Source: Candidatus Undinarchaeota archaeon (GTDB lineage Archaea; SpSt-1190; JASMDC01). From it: a stretch of 17,053 nucleotides of DNA. Below, in pieces: positions 1 through 7,601 of this stretch. The notes beneath the pieces are model-generated. The model did not search any database. It was not told where the DNA came from and worked only from the letters and a program-made list of their open reading frames with translations. The DNA lies in NCBI GenBank assembly GCA_964519305.1, contig CAZFHY010000025.1, positions 24,944-41,996 of the forward strand, in the 5' to 3' direction. The position numbers and the translations under genes are program-made. The first letter of the stretch is position 1, and each line of letters opens with the position of its first letter.

Positions 1-180
1 AAGGCCGAACCGAAGAAGGCTGCGGTAAAGAAGGCCGAGCCAAAGAAGGCGGCTGCAAAGAAGGCCGAACCGAAGAAGGCTGCGGTAAAGAAGGCCGAGC
101 CAAAGAAGGCGGCTGTAAAGAAGGCCGAACCGAAGAAGGCTGCGGTAAAGAAGGTCGAGCCGAAGAAGGCTCCAGCAAAG
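1..180 (+). repeat. In-frame 30-bp tandem repeat (six copies visible, 60-bp higher-order period) encoding KAEPKKAA(V/A)K
   Basis: Unit AAGGCCGAACCGAAGAAGGCTGCGGTAAAG is identical at 1-30, 61-90 and 121-150, alternating with variant units at 31-60, 91-120 and 151-180. Confidence 0.97.
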
Positions 181-759
181 ACCACCGGGAAGGCCGTGAA
201 GAAGTCTGCTACCAAGGCACCGGCCAAGAAGAAGGCGAAACTGCCTCCGGGGAAGAACCCCATGCGCCAGCCGTATATTGACAAGGTTACCTTCAATATC
301 GGTATCGGTGCCGAGCATGACCTGCTCGACCGAGCAATCCAGCTCCTCGAACAGCTCACAGGACAGCAGCCCGTTAAGACGAAGACGATCAAGCGCATCC
401 CGACCTGGGGCATCAGGCCCGGTCAGATCGTGGGCGCTAAGGTCACGCTCAGGCACAAGGCCGCTGAGGACCGTCTCAGTCAGGTGCTCGGAGCTCTTGA
501 GAACAAGCTCAAGGCCCGGAACTTCGACAATCACGGGTGCCTTTCATTCGGTATCAAGGAATCGTTGGACATCCCCGATCTAAAGTACGACCCTAAGGTC
601 GGTGTGTTCGGGATGGATGTCTGCGTCACGATCGCTCGACCCGGTTACAGGGTCAAGGCACGGCGCTTCCACAAGGGCCGCGTCTCGGAGAAGCACTTGC
701 TCACCAAAGAGGAGGGCATCGCGTTCATGAAGGAGCGGTTCAAGGTGGAGGTGAACTGA
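1..759 (+). CDS. rpl5: 50S ribosomal protein uL5 with long Lys/Ala/Pro-rich N-terminal extension (5' end outside window)
   Basis: Frame 1 is open from base 1 to TGA 757-759. The core starts at [18 protein letters not shown] and includes [28 protein letters not shown] and [23 protein letters not shown] (archaeal uL5 motifs). The GTG at 196 has no SD and sits inside the low-complexity tail. Confidence 0.96.
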   Translation, partial: KAEPKKAAVKKAEPKKAAAKKAEPKKAAVKKAEPKKAAVKKAEPKKAAVKKVEPKKAPAKTTGKAVKKSATKAPAKKKAKLPPGKNPMRQPYIDKVTFNIGIGAEHDLLDRAIQLLEQLTGQQPVKTKTIKRIPTWGIRPGQIVGAKVTLRHKAAEDRLSQVLGALENKLKARNFDNHGCLSFGIKESLDIPDLKYDPKVGVFGMDVCVTIARPGYRVKARRFHKGRVSEKHLLTKEEGIAFMKERFKVEVN

Positions 760-760
760 C

Positions 761-925
761 ATGGCCAAGGCGAACAAGCCTACTAAGAGAACATGCGGAC
801 GTGGATCCCGTTCCTGTCGGCGCTGTGGGCGCCATGGGGCCCTCATCCTCAAGTACGAGCTCATGATATGTCGTCAGTGCTTCCGCGAGGTCGCGAAGGA
901 GATCGGCTTCAGGAAGTATGAATAG
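761..925 (+). CDS. rps14: 30S ribosomal protein uS14 (zinc-binding, S29-like), 54 aa; absent from the ORF track
   Basis: Manual translation: [54 protein letters not shown]. It has CxxC...CRQC, an SD GGAGGTGA at 747-754, and the canonical position between uL5 and uS8. Confidence 0.97.
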   Translation: MAKANKPTKRTCGRGSRSCRRCGRHGALILKYELMICRQCFREVAKEIGFRKYE

Positions 926-937
926 GAGGATGATGAT

Positions 938-1330
938 ATGACACTTAACGACACGCTCGCAATCGCTCTGTCGACCATCTACAACCACGAACGCATCGGC
1001 AAGACCGAGTGCGTAGTCCGGCCGGCTTCCAAGATGACCACCGGTGTTCTTCGCGTGATGCAGAAGGCCGGATACATCGGGGATTTCGAGCTCATCGATA
1101 ACGGCCTTGGTGGAGTGTACCGCATCAGGCTTGGTGGTAAGATCTCCTACTGTAAGGCGATCAAGCCCCGTCAGTCTGTGAAGGTGGACGATTTCGAGAA
1201 GTGGGAGCGCAGGTTCCTGCCTGCCAAGAACCTGGGTATGCTCATACTCACGACCTCGAAAGGGATCCTCAATCTCGAGCAAGCCCGGAAGTCAAAGATT
1301 GGCGGCTCGCTTCTGGCGTATGTGTACTAA
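938..1330 (+). CDS. rps8: 30S ribosomal protein uS8
   Basis: [66 protein letters not shown]; SD GGAGG at 925-929. Confidence 0.97.
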   Translation: MTLNDTLAIALSTIYNHERIGKTECVVRPASKMTTGVLRVMQKAGYIGDFELIDNGLGGVYRIRLGGKISYCKAIKPRQSVKVDDFEKWERRFLPAKNLGMLILTTSKGILNLEQARKSKIGGSLLAYVY

Positions 1331-1343
1331 GGAGGTTCTGACC

Positions 1344-1868
1344 ATGATCACAAAAGAAATACCGATCCCGGAAGGCGTCGAGGCGCGCATCGAGGGACGG
1401 AAGATTTCGGTCAAGGGACCCAAGGGAGAAGTGAGCAGGGAACTGTTCCATCGAAAGGTCGACATCGAACTGAAGGACGACCGTTTCGTTGTATCCACTC
1501 CCGGAACCCACGCAGGCCCCCATGCCATGGTAGGGACCTTCGCTGCCCACATCGCCAACTTGGTGAAGGGTTCGACCGAAGGCTTCCATTACATACTCAA
1601 GACAGTCCAGACCCACTTCCCCATGACCGTGAAGGTCAAGGGAAAAGAGGTCATCGTGGAGAACCTATTTGGCGAACGCTATCCGCGTCGATGCAATATC
1701 ATCGGCGAGACCACAGTGAAGGTCAAGAAGGACGAGGTCCACGTCGAGGGCATCAACAAAGAGCACGTAGGCCAAACGGCCGCGAACATCGAGACGATGA
1801 GCTCGTGGAACAACGCGCGGGACAAGCGTGTGTTCCAAGACGGGATCCTCATCATGAAGAAGGGATGA
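1344..1868 (+). CDS. rpl6: 50S ribosomal protein uL6
   Basis: IPIPEGV, VKGPKGEV, GTFAAHIANLVKGSTEGF, HFPMTV, KEHVGQTAANIE, DKRVFQDGI. ATG 1344 chosen because it follows SD GGAGGT at 1331-1336. Confidence 0.96.
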   Translation: MITKEIPIPEGVEARIEGRKISVKGPKGEVSRELFHRKVDIELKDDRFVVSTPGTHAGPHAMVGTFAAHIANLVKGSTEGFHYILKTVQTHFPMTVKVKGKEVIVENLFGERYPRRCNIIGETTVKVKKDEVHVEGINKEHVGQTAANIETMSSWNNARDKRVFQDGILIMKKG

Positions 1869-1871
1869 TCC

Positions 1872-2234
1872 ATGGATCTAATGGATTTAAAGAAGCGGAT
1901 CGCGGCGCGCCGACCGACGTTCAAGCGCACCGAATGGTTCCGGTACAAGAAGCTCAAGCCCGTGTGGCGCAAGCCCCGTGGGATCACGAACAAGATCAGG
2001 TTGGGCTATCGCGGTAAACCTGCCATGCCCGATTCAGGATACCGTTCTCCCAAAGCAGTCCGCGGGCTCCACCCATCCGGCCTATTCGAGGTCCTGGTGT
2101 TCAATCCTAAACAGCTGGACGCCATCGATCCGAAGACCCAGGGTGCCCGCATTGGCGGGACCGTAGGGAAGCGCAAGCGTGTGACCCTCCTGAAGAAAGC
2201 CGACGACCTGGGCATCCAGGTATTCAACCGGTGA
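1872..2234 (+). CDS. rpl32e: 50S ribosomal protein eL32
   Basis: RPTFKR, WRKPRGITNKIR, GYRSPKAVRGLHPSG, VGKRKR; canonical position. Start could also be ATG 1881. Confidence 0.96.
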   Translation: MDLMDLKKRIAARRPTFKRTEWFRYKKLKPVWRKPRGITNKIRLGYRGKPAMPDSGYRSPKAVRGLHPSGLFEVLVFNPKQLDAIDPKTQGARIGGTVGKRKRVTLLKKADDLGIQVFNR

Positions 2235-2239
2235 TGACG

Positions 2240-2731
2240 ATGAATGTCTCAAGTCACAAGAAGATCGCGAGCAAGATCATGAAGGTGGGAACCCACCGCG
2301 TGTGGATCGACCCCACGAGGCTCTCACAGGTAAGCGATGCCCTCACTAGGGAGGACCTGCGCACACTCATATCCGAGGGTGTAATCTCCGTCCACCAAAA
2401 GAAGGGCACGTCGCGCCACAGGGCCCGGGAGCGCCACATCAAGCGCACCAAGGGTCACCGCCGTGGGTACGGGAACCGCAGAGGTACCAAGAACGCTCGG
2501 CTCCCTGCCAAGCGCCGCTGGATCAACCTGGTCCGGCCCATGCGCGAGCTCATCCGCCACCTCAGGGACGTGGGCAAGCTCACACCCACGGACTACCGAT
2601 ACCTCTACCGCCATATCAAAGGTAACATGTTCCGTAACAAGGCCCACTTGAAGCTGTACTTACGAGAGCACAACATGATAGTCGAACCGTCGCCGGAACC
2701 GGCGCCGGTGACCCCCAAGGAGGTCGAGTAG
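2240..2731 (+). CDS. rpl19e: 50S ribosomal protein eL19
   Basis: KKIASKIMKVGTHRVWIDP, TREDLRTLI, KGTSR, RRGYGNRRGTKNAR, YRYLYRHIKGNMF. ATG 2240 follows GGTGA at 2230-2234. Confidence 0.96.
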   Translation: MNVSSHKKIASKIMKVGTHRVWIDPTRLSQVSDALTREDLRTLISEGVISVHQKKGTSRHRARERHIKRTKGHRRGYGNRRGTKNARLPAKRRWINLVRPMRELIRHLRDVGKLTPTDYRYLYRHIKGNMFRNKAHLKLYLREHNMIVEPSPEPAPVTPKEVE

Positions 2732-2732
2732 A

Positions 2733-3233
2733 ATGGCAAAGAAGGCAGTCTACCGAGTCCCGTTCCGGCGTCGCCGGGAAAAGCGTACCGATTACAGGAG
2801 CCGGCGCATCCTGCTCCAGGCACGCAAACCCCGCTTCGTCGTCAGGCGCTCGAACAAGTACATCAGTGCTCAGGTCGTGCAGTTCGACTCAAAGGGTGAC
2901 CTTACACTGGCATCCGCCAGTTCACAGCAGTTGGAGAAGTTCGGTTGGGACAAGGGGACCAAGAACCTGCCCGCCGCCTACCTGACCGGCTACCTAATCG
3001 GTAAGCGTGCTCAGGCCGCTAAGGTGAAGGAAGGTATCCTGGACCTCGGAGTCGTGACGTCACAACGTGGCGGCAGGCTCTACGCGACCCTCAAGGGTAT
3101 CCTCGACAGCGGAGTCACCATCCCTCACAGCGATGATATATTCCCGCCCGAGGAGCGCATCAACGGGCAGCACATCGACGAGAAGTTGAACACGCTCGTC
3201 GAGACCACCAAGAACAAAATCGATAAGGCGTGA
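2733..3233 (+). CDS. rpl18: 50S ribosomal protein uL18
   Basis: YRVPFRRRREKRTDYRSR, RFVVRRSNKY, NLPAAYLTGYL, LDLG, LKGILDSGVTIPH; SD GGAGGT upstream. Confidence 0.96.
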   Translation: MAKKAVYRVPFRRRREKRTDYRSRRILLQARKPRFVVRRSNKYISAQVVQFDSKGDLTLASASSQQLEKFGWDKGTKNLPAAYLTGYLIGKRAQAAKVKEGILDLGVVTSQRGGRLYATLKGILDSGVTIPHSDDIFPPEERINGQHIDEKLNTLVETTKNKIDKA

Positions 3234-3238
3234 TCACC

Positions 3239-3973
3239 ATGGCACCAAGATCAAGACAACGACCACAGCAAAGGATCAACCGTGATCTGGAAGCGCTCGA
3301 GACTTGGGTTCCTCGCACGAAACTGGGAATGAAGGTGAAGGCCGGCGAAATCACCTCGGTAGAGGAGATCCTCAGTCTGAACCTCACTGTCCAGGAACCC
3401 CAAATCGTTGACTTCATACTGCGGGAGAACCTAGAGTCCGAGCTCATCCTCATCGGTCAGGCCAAGGGTAAGTTCGGCGGTGGTGCCCGACGCCCCTTCA
3501 AGCACACACAGAAGAAGGTGCGTGAAGGTGCAAGGCTCAAGTTCTCCTATGTCGCCGTCGTGGGCAACCGCGACGGGCTCGTAGGACTTGGCCGTGGTAG
3601 CAGCCGATCCAGCGTCCCTGCCAGGCAGCGTGCCGTCGCTAACGCGAAGCTCAACATGATCCGCGTGCCCCGTGCGTGTGGAAGTTGGGAGTGCGGTTGC
3701 TCTGGTCCCCATTCCATCCCGGCCAAGGTCGAGGGGAAGTGCGGGAGCGTCAGGGTGACCCTTCTGCCTGCACCCAAGGGTATCAAGCTCGCTATCAACG
3801 ACGAGTCCAAGAAGGTCCTGGAGCTCGCTGGTGTAAAGGACGTATGGTCCAAGACCAAGGGCCAGACACGAAGCCGCACCAACCTCGCTATCGCGACGTT
3901 CGATGCTCTGCGGAACCTTCACCTCATCAAGTACCAGAACGAGTACGTAGAGGCGGCGGGTGTTGTTCTATGA
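3239..3973 (+). CDS. rps5: 30S ribosomal protein uS5
   Basis: WVPRTKLGMKVKAGEI, VVGNRDGLVGLG, CGSWECGCSGPHSIP, GSVRVTLLPAPKG, LAGVKDVW, NLAIATFDAL. Confidence 0.96.
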   Translation: MAPRSRQRPQQRINRDLEALETWVPRTKLGMKVKAGEITSVEEILSLNLTVQEPQIVDFILRENLESELILIGQAKGKFGGGARRPFKHTQKKVREGARLKFSYVAVVGNRDGLVGLGRGSSRSSVPARQRAVANAKLNMIRVPRACGSWECGCSGPHSIPAKVEGKCGSVRVTLLPAPKGIKLAINDESKKVLELAGVKDVWSKTKGQTRSRTNLAIATFDALRNLHLIKYQNEYVEAAGVVL

Positions 3974-4440
3974 AACTCGCTATTGTGAGGGTCCGAGGGT
4001 CCATAGGCGTTCGCACCGGCATCAACCAGACGCTCACCTATCTGCGCCTTGACCGGGTCAACCACTGTGTCGTGGTGGACGATTCCCCCACAACACGCGG
4101 GATGATCAAGAAGGCCAAGGACTACATCACCTGGGGCACGCCCAGTCTTGATATGCTCGCCGCTATGCTCAAGAAGCGTGGCCGGCTGGTAGGTGACAAG
4201 CCTGTCACGGACGAGTACGTGAAGGAGTCGACTGGAGGCAAGTACAAGACCATCGATGCTTTCGTCAAGGCGTGGGCCGATGGTAAGGAGACGGTAGAGG
4301 TCATTCCTGACCTGAAACCCGTGTTCCGCCTTCACCCGCCTCGTAAGGGCCACGGTGCCATCAAGCGGCATGTGACCATGGGCGGCGCTCTGGGCGACCG
4401 CAAGGAAGAAATCGACAAGCTCATTGAGCGTATGATCTAA
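3970..4440 (+). CDS. rpl30: 50S ribosomal protein uL30 (long archaeal form)
   Basis: ATGA overlap with the uS5 stop. MKLAIVRVRG, LRLDRVNHCV, GMIKKAKDYITWG, LKPVFRLHPPRKG, GGALGDR, IDKLIERMI. Confidence 0.96.
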   Translation: MKLAIVRVRGSIGVRTGINQTLTYLRLDRVNHCVVVDDSPTTRGMIKKAKDYITWGTPSLDMLAAMLKKRGRLVGDKPVTDEYVKESTGGKYKTIDAFVKAWADGKETVEVIPDLKPVFRLHPPRKGHGAIKRHVTMGGALGDRKEEIDKLIERMI

Positions 4441-4457
4441 CCTACGAGGTGGACATC

Positions 4458-4925
4458 ATGATCCGAAAGCGAAAGAAGATCGAGAGCATGCGTGGGACCA
4501 AGACCTGCGGTGGCGGTTCAAAGAAGAAGCGCCGCGGAGCCGGAAACAAGGGTGGACATGGTAACGCTGGCATGCACAAGGGCAAGTGGACCTACGTGGT
4601 CAAGTACGACCCGAAGCACTTCGGTAAGTTCGGCTTCAACAAGCCCATGGGCTTCATCCCGATTACTATCAATCTCAAGGAGCTCGACCAGTGCCTAGAG
4701 GCCTGGGTCGAGGCCGGAAGGGCCGAGAAGAAGAAGGACACCTTTGCTGTGGACCTTGGCGCCCTTGGATTCCATAAGGTCCTGGGGAACGGCCACCTTA
4801 CAAAGAAGGTACACATCAAGGCACCGTACTTCACCGAGAAGGCCCGCACACGTATCGAGGAGAGCGGCGGGGTCGCCGAGGCCCCTGCCGTTTCCGAGGA
4901 AGAGCCCGCTGAGGACGAGTCGTAG
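4458..4925 (+). CDS. rpl15: 50S ribosomal protein uL15
   Basis: RGTKTCGGGSKKKRRGAGNKGGHGNAG, HFGKFGF, INLKEL, GFHKVLGNG, RIEESGG. ATG 4458 follows SD GAGGTG. Confidence 0.96.
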   Translation: MIRKRKKIESMRGTKTCGGGSKKKRRGAGNKGGHGNAGMHKGKWTYVVKYDPKHFGKFGFNKPMGFIPITINLKELDQCLEAWVEAGRAEKKKDTFAVDLGALGFHKVLGNGHLTKKVHIKAPYFTEKARTRIEESGGVAEAPAVSEEEPAEDES

Positions 4926-4936
4926 GGAGATCCCTG

Positions 4937-6526
4937 ATGGTGGACCTCGACTCGATACTGGGCAACCTCCCCGAGGTAGAGAAGCCGAAGCGACGACTCT
5001 CGTTCAACGAGAAGCTGAAATGGACGGGCATGGTGCTCATCCTCTATTTCATTCTCGGTCAGCTCAAGCTCTATGGGCTTTCACCCCAGGCGATCGACTA
5101 CTTCCAGAACCTCCGCGCTATCGTGGCAGGTAACTTCGGTTCGATCATCACCCTGGGTATCTCACCCATCGTCACCGCGTCCATCATCCTGCAGCTGCTG
5201 CAGGGTGTGGACCTGCTACCGTTCGATATCACGACGGCCGAGGGCCGTCGTAGATTCCAAGGAACACAGAAGCTTGTTACTATCGGCTTCACTATCTTCG
5301 AGGCCGCAGTGTACGTTATTTCTGGAGGACTGCCGCCTTCAGACCCCAGCAATTTTGGACTGACGGCGCTCCTTATAGTGCAGCTCTCCGTCGGCGGACT
5401 GCTCATCATAGTCCTTGACGAGGTCATCAGCAAGTGGGGCTTCGGCTCCGGAGTGTCGCTCTTCATCGCGGCCGGTGTGAGCACCACCATCGTGGTCTCG
5501 TCGCTCAATCCGATGCCCAACCCGACCAATCCGGACGTGCCTTCAGGTATGGTACCATTCGCACTGTCACGGTTGGCAATGGGCGATCCCGAAGGTGCGG
5601 TGTATAGTCTGATGCCCATCTTCTTCACGGTCTTCGTGTTCACCGTGGTAGTCTACGTCCAGGCCATGAAGGTCGAGATTCCTCTCACCTTCGCACGTGT
5701 GCGTGGTTATACCACCAAGTGGCCGTTGAGGTTCGTCTACACATCGAATATCCCGGTCATCCTGGCTGCGGCGGTGCTCGCCAATCTACAGTTATGGGCC
5801 GGACTGTTAGACCAGAACGGGTTCCCATATCTGGGGACATTCGCCGGAGGCGGCAACACGCCCACCGGCGGACTGGCGTTCTTCATCGATTCCCCCCGAG
5901 GGATTATCTCCCGGGAGCTGCTTGACACGTCGAAGTGGGTAGTTTATGCCACGGGAGTGTCGGGGGCACCACTAGCTATGAACGAGCTATGGTTCTATCA
6001 GGTGGGTGTTGATGCGAGCAACTTCATGTCAGGGCTCACAGATCCAACGGTGATGACATCAATTTATCTTGGGTGCCCGTTGGAACGGGACAAGCTTGCA
6101 GGTCTCGGGTATTCGTCATGTCGCTTCATCGGTGACGGATCGCTCGGAGAACTGTTGCGGGCGATCATCTATACGGTCTTCATGATCATTGGTGCCGTGA
6201 TCTTCTCGGTGTTCTGGGTAAGGACGTCCAACATGGACGCCAAGGCCGTGGCCAAGCAGATCAAGGACTCCAACATGTCAGTGCGTGGCTTCCGCCGCGA
6301 CCCGCGGATGATGGAGGCCATCCTCAACCGGTACATCCCGGCCCTGACCGTCATGGGCGGCGCGTTCGTGGGACTGCTGGCCGCCTTCGCCGACCTAACA
6401 GGTTCGGTGGGCGGTGGTACAGGGATCCTGCTGACGGTCATGATCGTCTACAACCTCTATGAGGAGATCCACACTCAGCACATGGTCGACATGTACCCCG
6501 CGCTCAGGCGCTTCATGAAGGGCTAG
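4937..6526 (+). CDS. secY: Preprotein translocase subunit SecY/Sec61alpha, 529 aa
   Basis: LSFNEKLKWT, GSIITLGISPIVTASIILQLL, DEVISKWGFGSGVSLFIAA, YTSNIPVIL, GFRRDPR, RYIPALT, GGTGILLTV; about 10 hydrophobic segments. Confidence 0.98.
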   Translation: MVDLDSILGNLPEVEKPKRRLSFNEKLKWTGMVLILYFILGQLKLYGLSPQAIDYFQNLRAIVAGNFGSIITLGISPIVTASIILQLLQGVDLLPFDITTAEGRRRFQGTQKLVTIGFTIFEAAVYVISGGLPPSDPSNFGLTALLIVQLSVGGLLIIVLDEVISKWGFGSGVSLFIAAGVSTTIVVSSLNPMPNPTNPDVPSGMVPFALSRLAMGDPEGAVYSLMPIFFTVFVFTVVVYVQAMKVEIPLTFARVRGYTTKWPLRFVYTSNIPVILAAAVLANLQLWAGLLDQNGFPYLGTFAGGGNTPTGGLAFFIDSPRGIISRELLDTSKWVVYATGVSGAPLAMNELWFYQVGVDASNFMSGLTDPTVMTSIYLGCPLERDKLAGLGYSSCRFIGDGSLGELLRAIIYTVFMIIGAVIFSVFWVRTSNMDAKAVAKQIKDSNMSVRGFRRDPRMMEAILNRYIPALTVMGGAFVGLLAAFADLTGSVGGGTGILLTVMIVYNLYEEIHTQHMVDMYPALRRFMKG

Positions 6527-6546
6527 GACGGGAGGTGAGATGGTCG

Positions 6547-7053
6547 ATGGATGCGGTGGACTCGGTGCTGAACGCCACACTGCTACCATTGGGCACTTTC
6601 GCTCCTATCGGAGCGACCGAACGTCAACAGGCCATGCTCGTCATCATGGGTGCCGCTGCTCTGGTCAGCCTCATCTCGACGGTAGTCTACAAGATGTTCG
6701 TGGACCCCGAGGAGATGCGAGGGTACAAGACCACGTTGGAGAAGCTCCAGAAGGATCTCCAGAAGCATCAGAAGGACAACGAGCCCAAGAAGGTGAGCGA
6801 GGTGTTCTCCAAGATCACCGAGACACAGATGGAGATGATGAACACAAGCATGAAGCCGACGTTCTTCTCCATGCTCCCTATCATCACCATCTTCATGTGG
6901 CTCCGCGCGTACGCGGGCGGGCTTCAGCTCGAGACGCTCGTGTATGTCCCTTTCCCATTCATTTACGACAAGCTAGGATGGCTCGGATGGTATATCATGT
7001 CATCCATGGCCGTGTCGTTCCCCCTAAGGAAGCTGATGGGGGTAGAACACTAG
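6547..7053 (+). CDS. DUF106/EMC3-TMCO1 (Oxa1 superfamily) membrane protein insertase
   Basis: TM segment, then a coiled coil (DPEEMRGYKTTLEKLQKDLQK), QMEMMNTSMKPTFFSMLPIITIFMWL and LGWLGWYIMSS. Position after secY is typical. ATG 6547 lies 8 nt after SD GGAGGTGA (6531-6538). Confidence 0.9.
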   Translation: MDAVDSVLNATLLPLGTFAPIGATERQQAMLVIMGAAALVSLISTVVYKMFVDPEEMRGYKTTLEKLQKDLQKHQKDNEPKKVSEVFSKITETQMEMMNTSMKPTFFSMLPIITIFMWLRAYAGGLQLETLVYVPFPFIYDKLGWLGWYIMSSMAVSFPLRKLMGVEH

Positions 7054-7080
7054 TAGGAATGCTTTCGAGGTGAAAATGAT

Positions 7081-7353
7081 ATGGTACGACCTGCATTGCG
7101 CTCAACGACGCTGAAAAAGAAGTACAAGGCTACGCCAGGCGGGAAGGTAGTAACACACTACACCCGGAAGAAGGCGGGCATCCCCCACTGCGCCGAGTGT
7201 GGCGCCCTCCTCCCAGGGGTACCCCGGGAAGGCGGGAAGACGCGCTCGACGAAGCGGAGCGTCCATCGGCCTTTTGGCGGTAAGCTGTGCTCACGCTGCA
7301 CCCGTGAAATGATCAAGAAGGATACAGTCCTCCCCCTGCGAGGTGACAAATAA
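7081..7353 (+). CDS. rpl34e: 50S ribosomal protein eL34
   Basis: MVRPALRS, TPGGKVVTHY, CAECGALLPGVP, RPFGGKLCSRC; SD GAGGTGA at 7067-7073. Confidence 0.95.
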   Translation: MVRPALRSTTLKKKYKATPGGKVVTHYTRKKAGIPHCAECGALLPGVPREGGKTRSTKRSVHRPFGGKLCSRCTREMIKKDTVLPLRGDK

Positions 7354-7601
7354 TGCCAGCAATTGATGTGGGTCGCGTCTGCATCAAGATGGCCGGCCGC
7401 GACATGGGCGGCAAGTGCGTGATCGTCGAAATCATCGACGACTCCAACGTCCTCGTGTCCGGTGACGACGTGCGGCGGCGAAAGGTGAACATCGCTCACC
7501 TTGAGCTCCTCACCGATATGGTCGAGGTAAAAAAGGGTGCCAGCGACGCCGATGTGGCCAAGGCGCTCCAGAAGCTCGATAAGGGTAAGAGCGACAAATG
7601 A
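7353..7601 (+). CDS. rpl14e: 50S ribosomal protein eL14
   Basis: AIDVGRVCIKMAGRDMGGKCVIVEIIDD...VRRRKVNIAHLE (KOW-type eL14). TAATG overlap with eL34; SD GAGGTGA upstream. Confidence 0.94.
   Translation: MPAIDVGRVCIKMAGRDMGGKCVIVEIIDDSNVLVSGDDVRRRKVNIAHLELLTDMVEVKKGASDADVAKALQKLDKGKSDK

Noticed and set aside
1-180. 30-bp repeats as a CRISPR array
   Set aside because: The units between the identical copies are variants of the same repeat, not unique spacers, and the whole tract is in frame with uL5.
196-198. GTG 196 as the uL5 start
   Set aside because: The frame is open upstream with the same K/A-rich composition, and there is no SD motif.
3676-3969. 98-codon N-terminal extension of uL30 in the ORF track
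   Set aside because: It lies wholly inside uS5 in another frame. uL30 homology begins at the ATGA-coupled Met 3970.
5915-6151. SecY insertion as an intein or intron
   Set aside because: Too short, no N-terminal C/S block or C-terminal HN-(C/S/T) motif, the frame is intact, and no bulge-helix-bulge was evident.
6540-7073. 177-aa alternative-frame ORF over DUF106, starting right after the SD
   Set aside because: Its ATG is only 1 nt from the SD, its Arg/Gly/His-rich composition is typical of GC-rich shadow frames, and the 6547 frame has family motifs.
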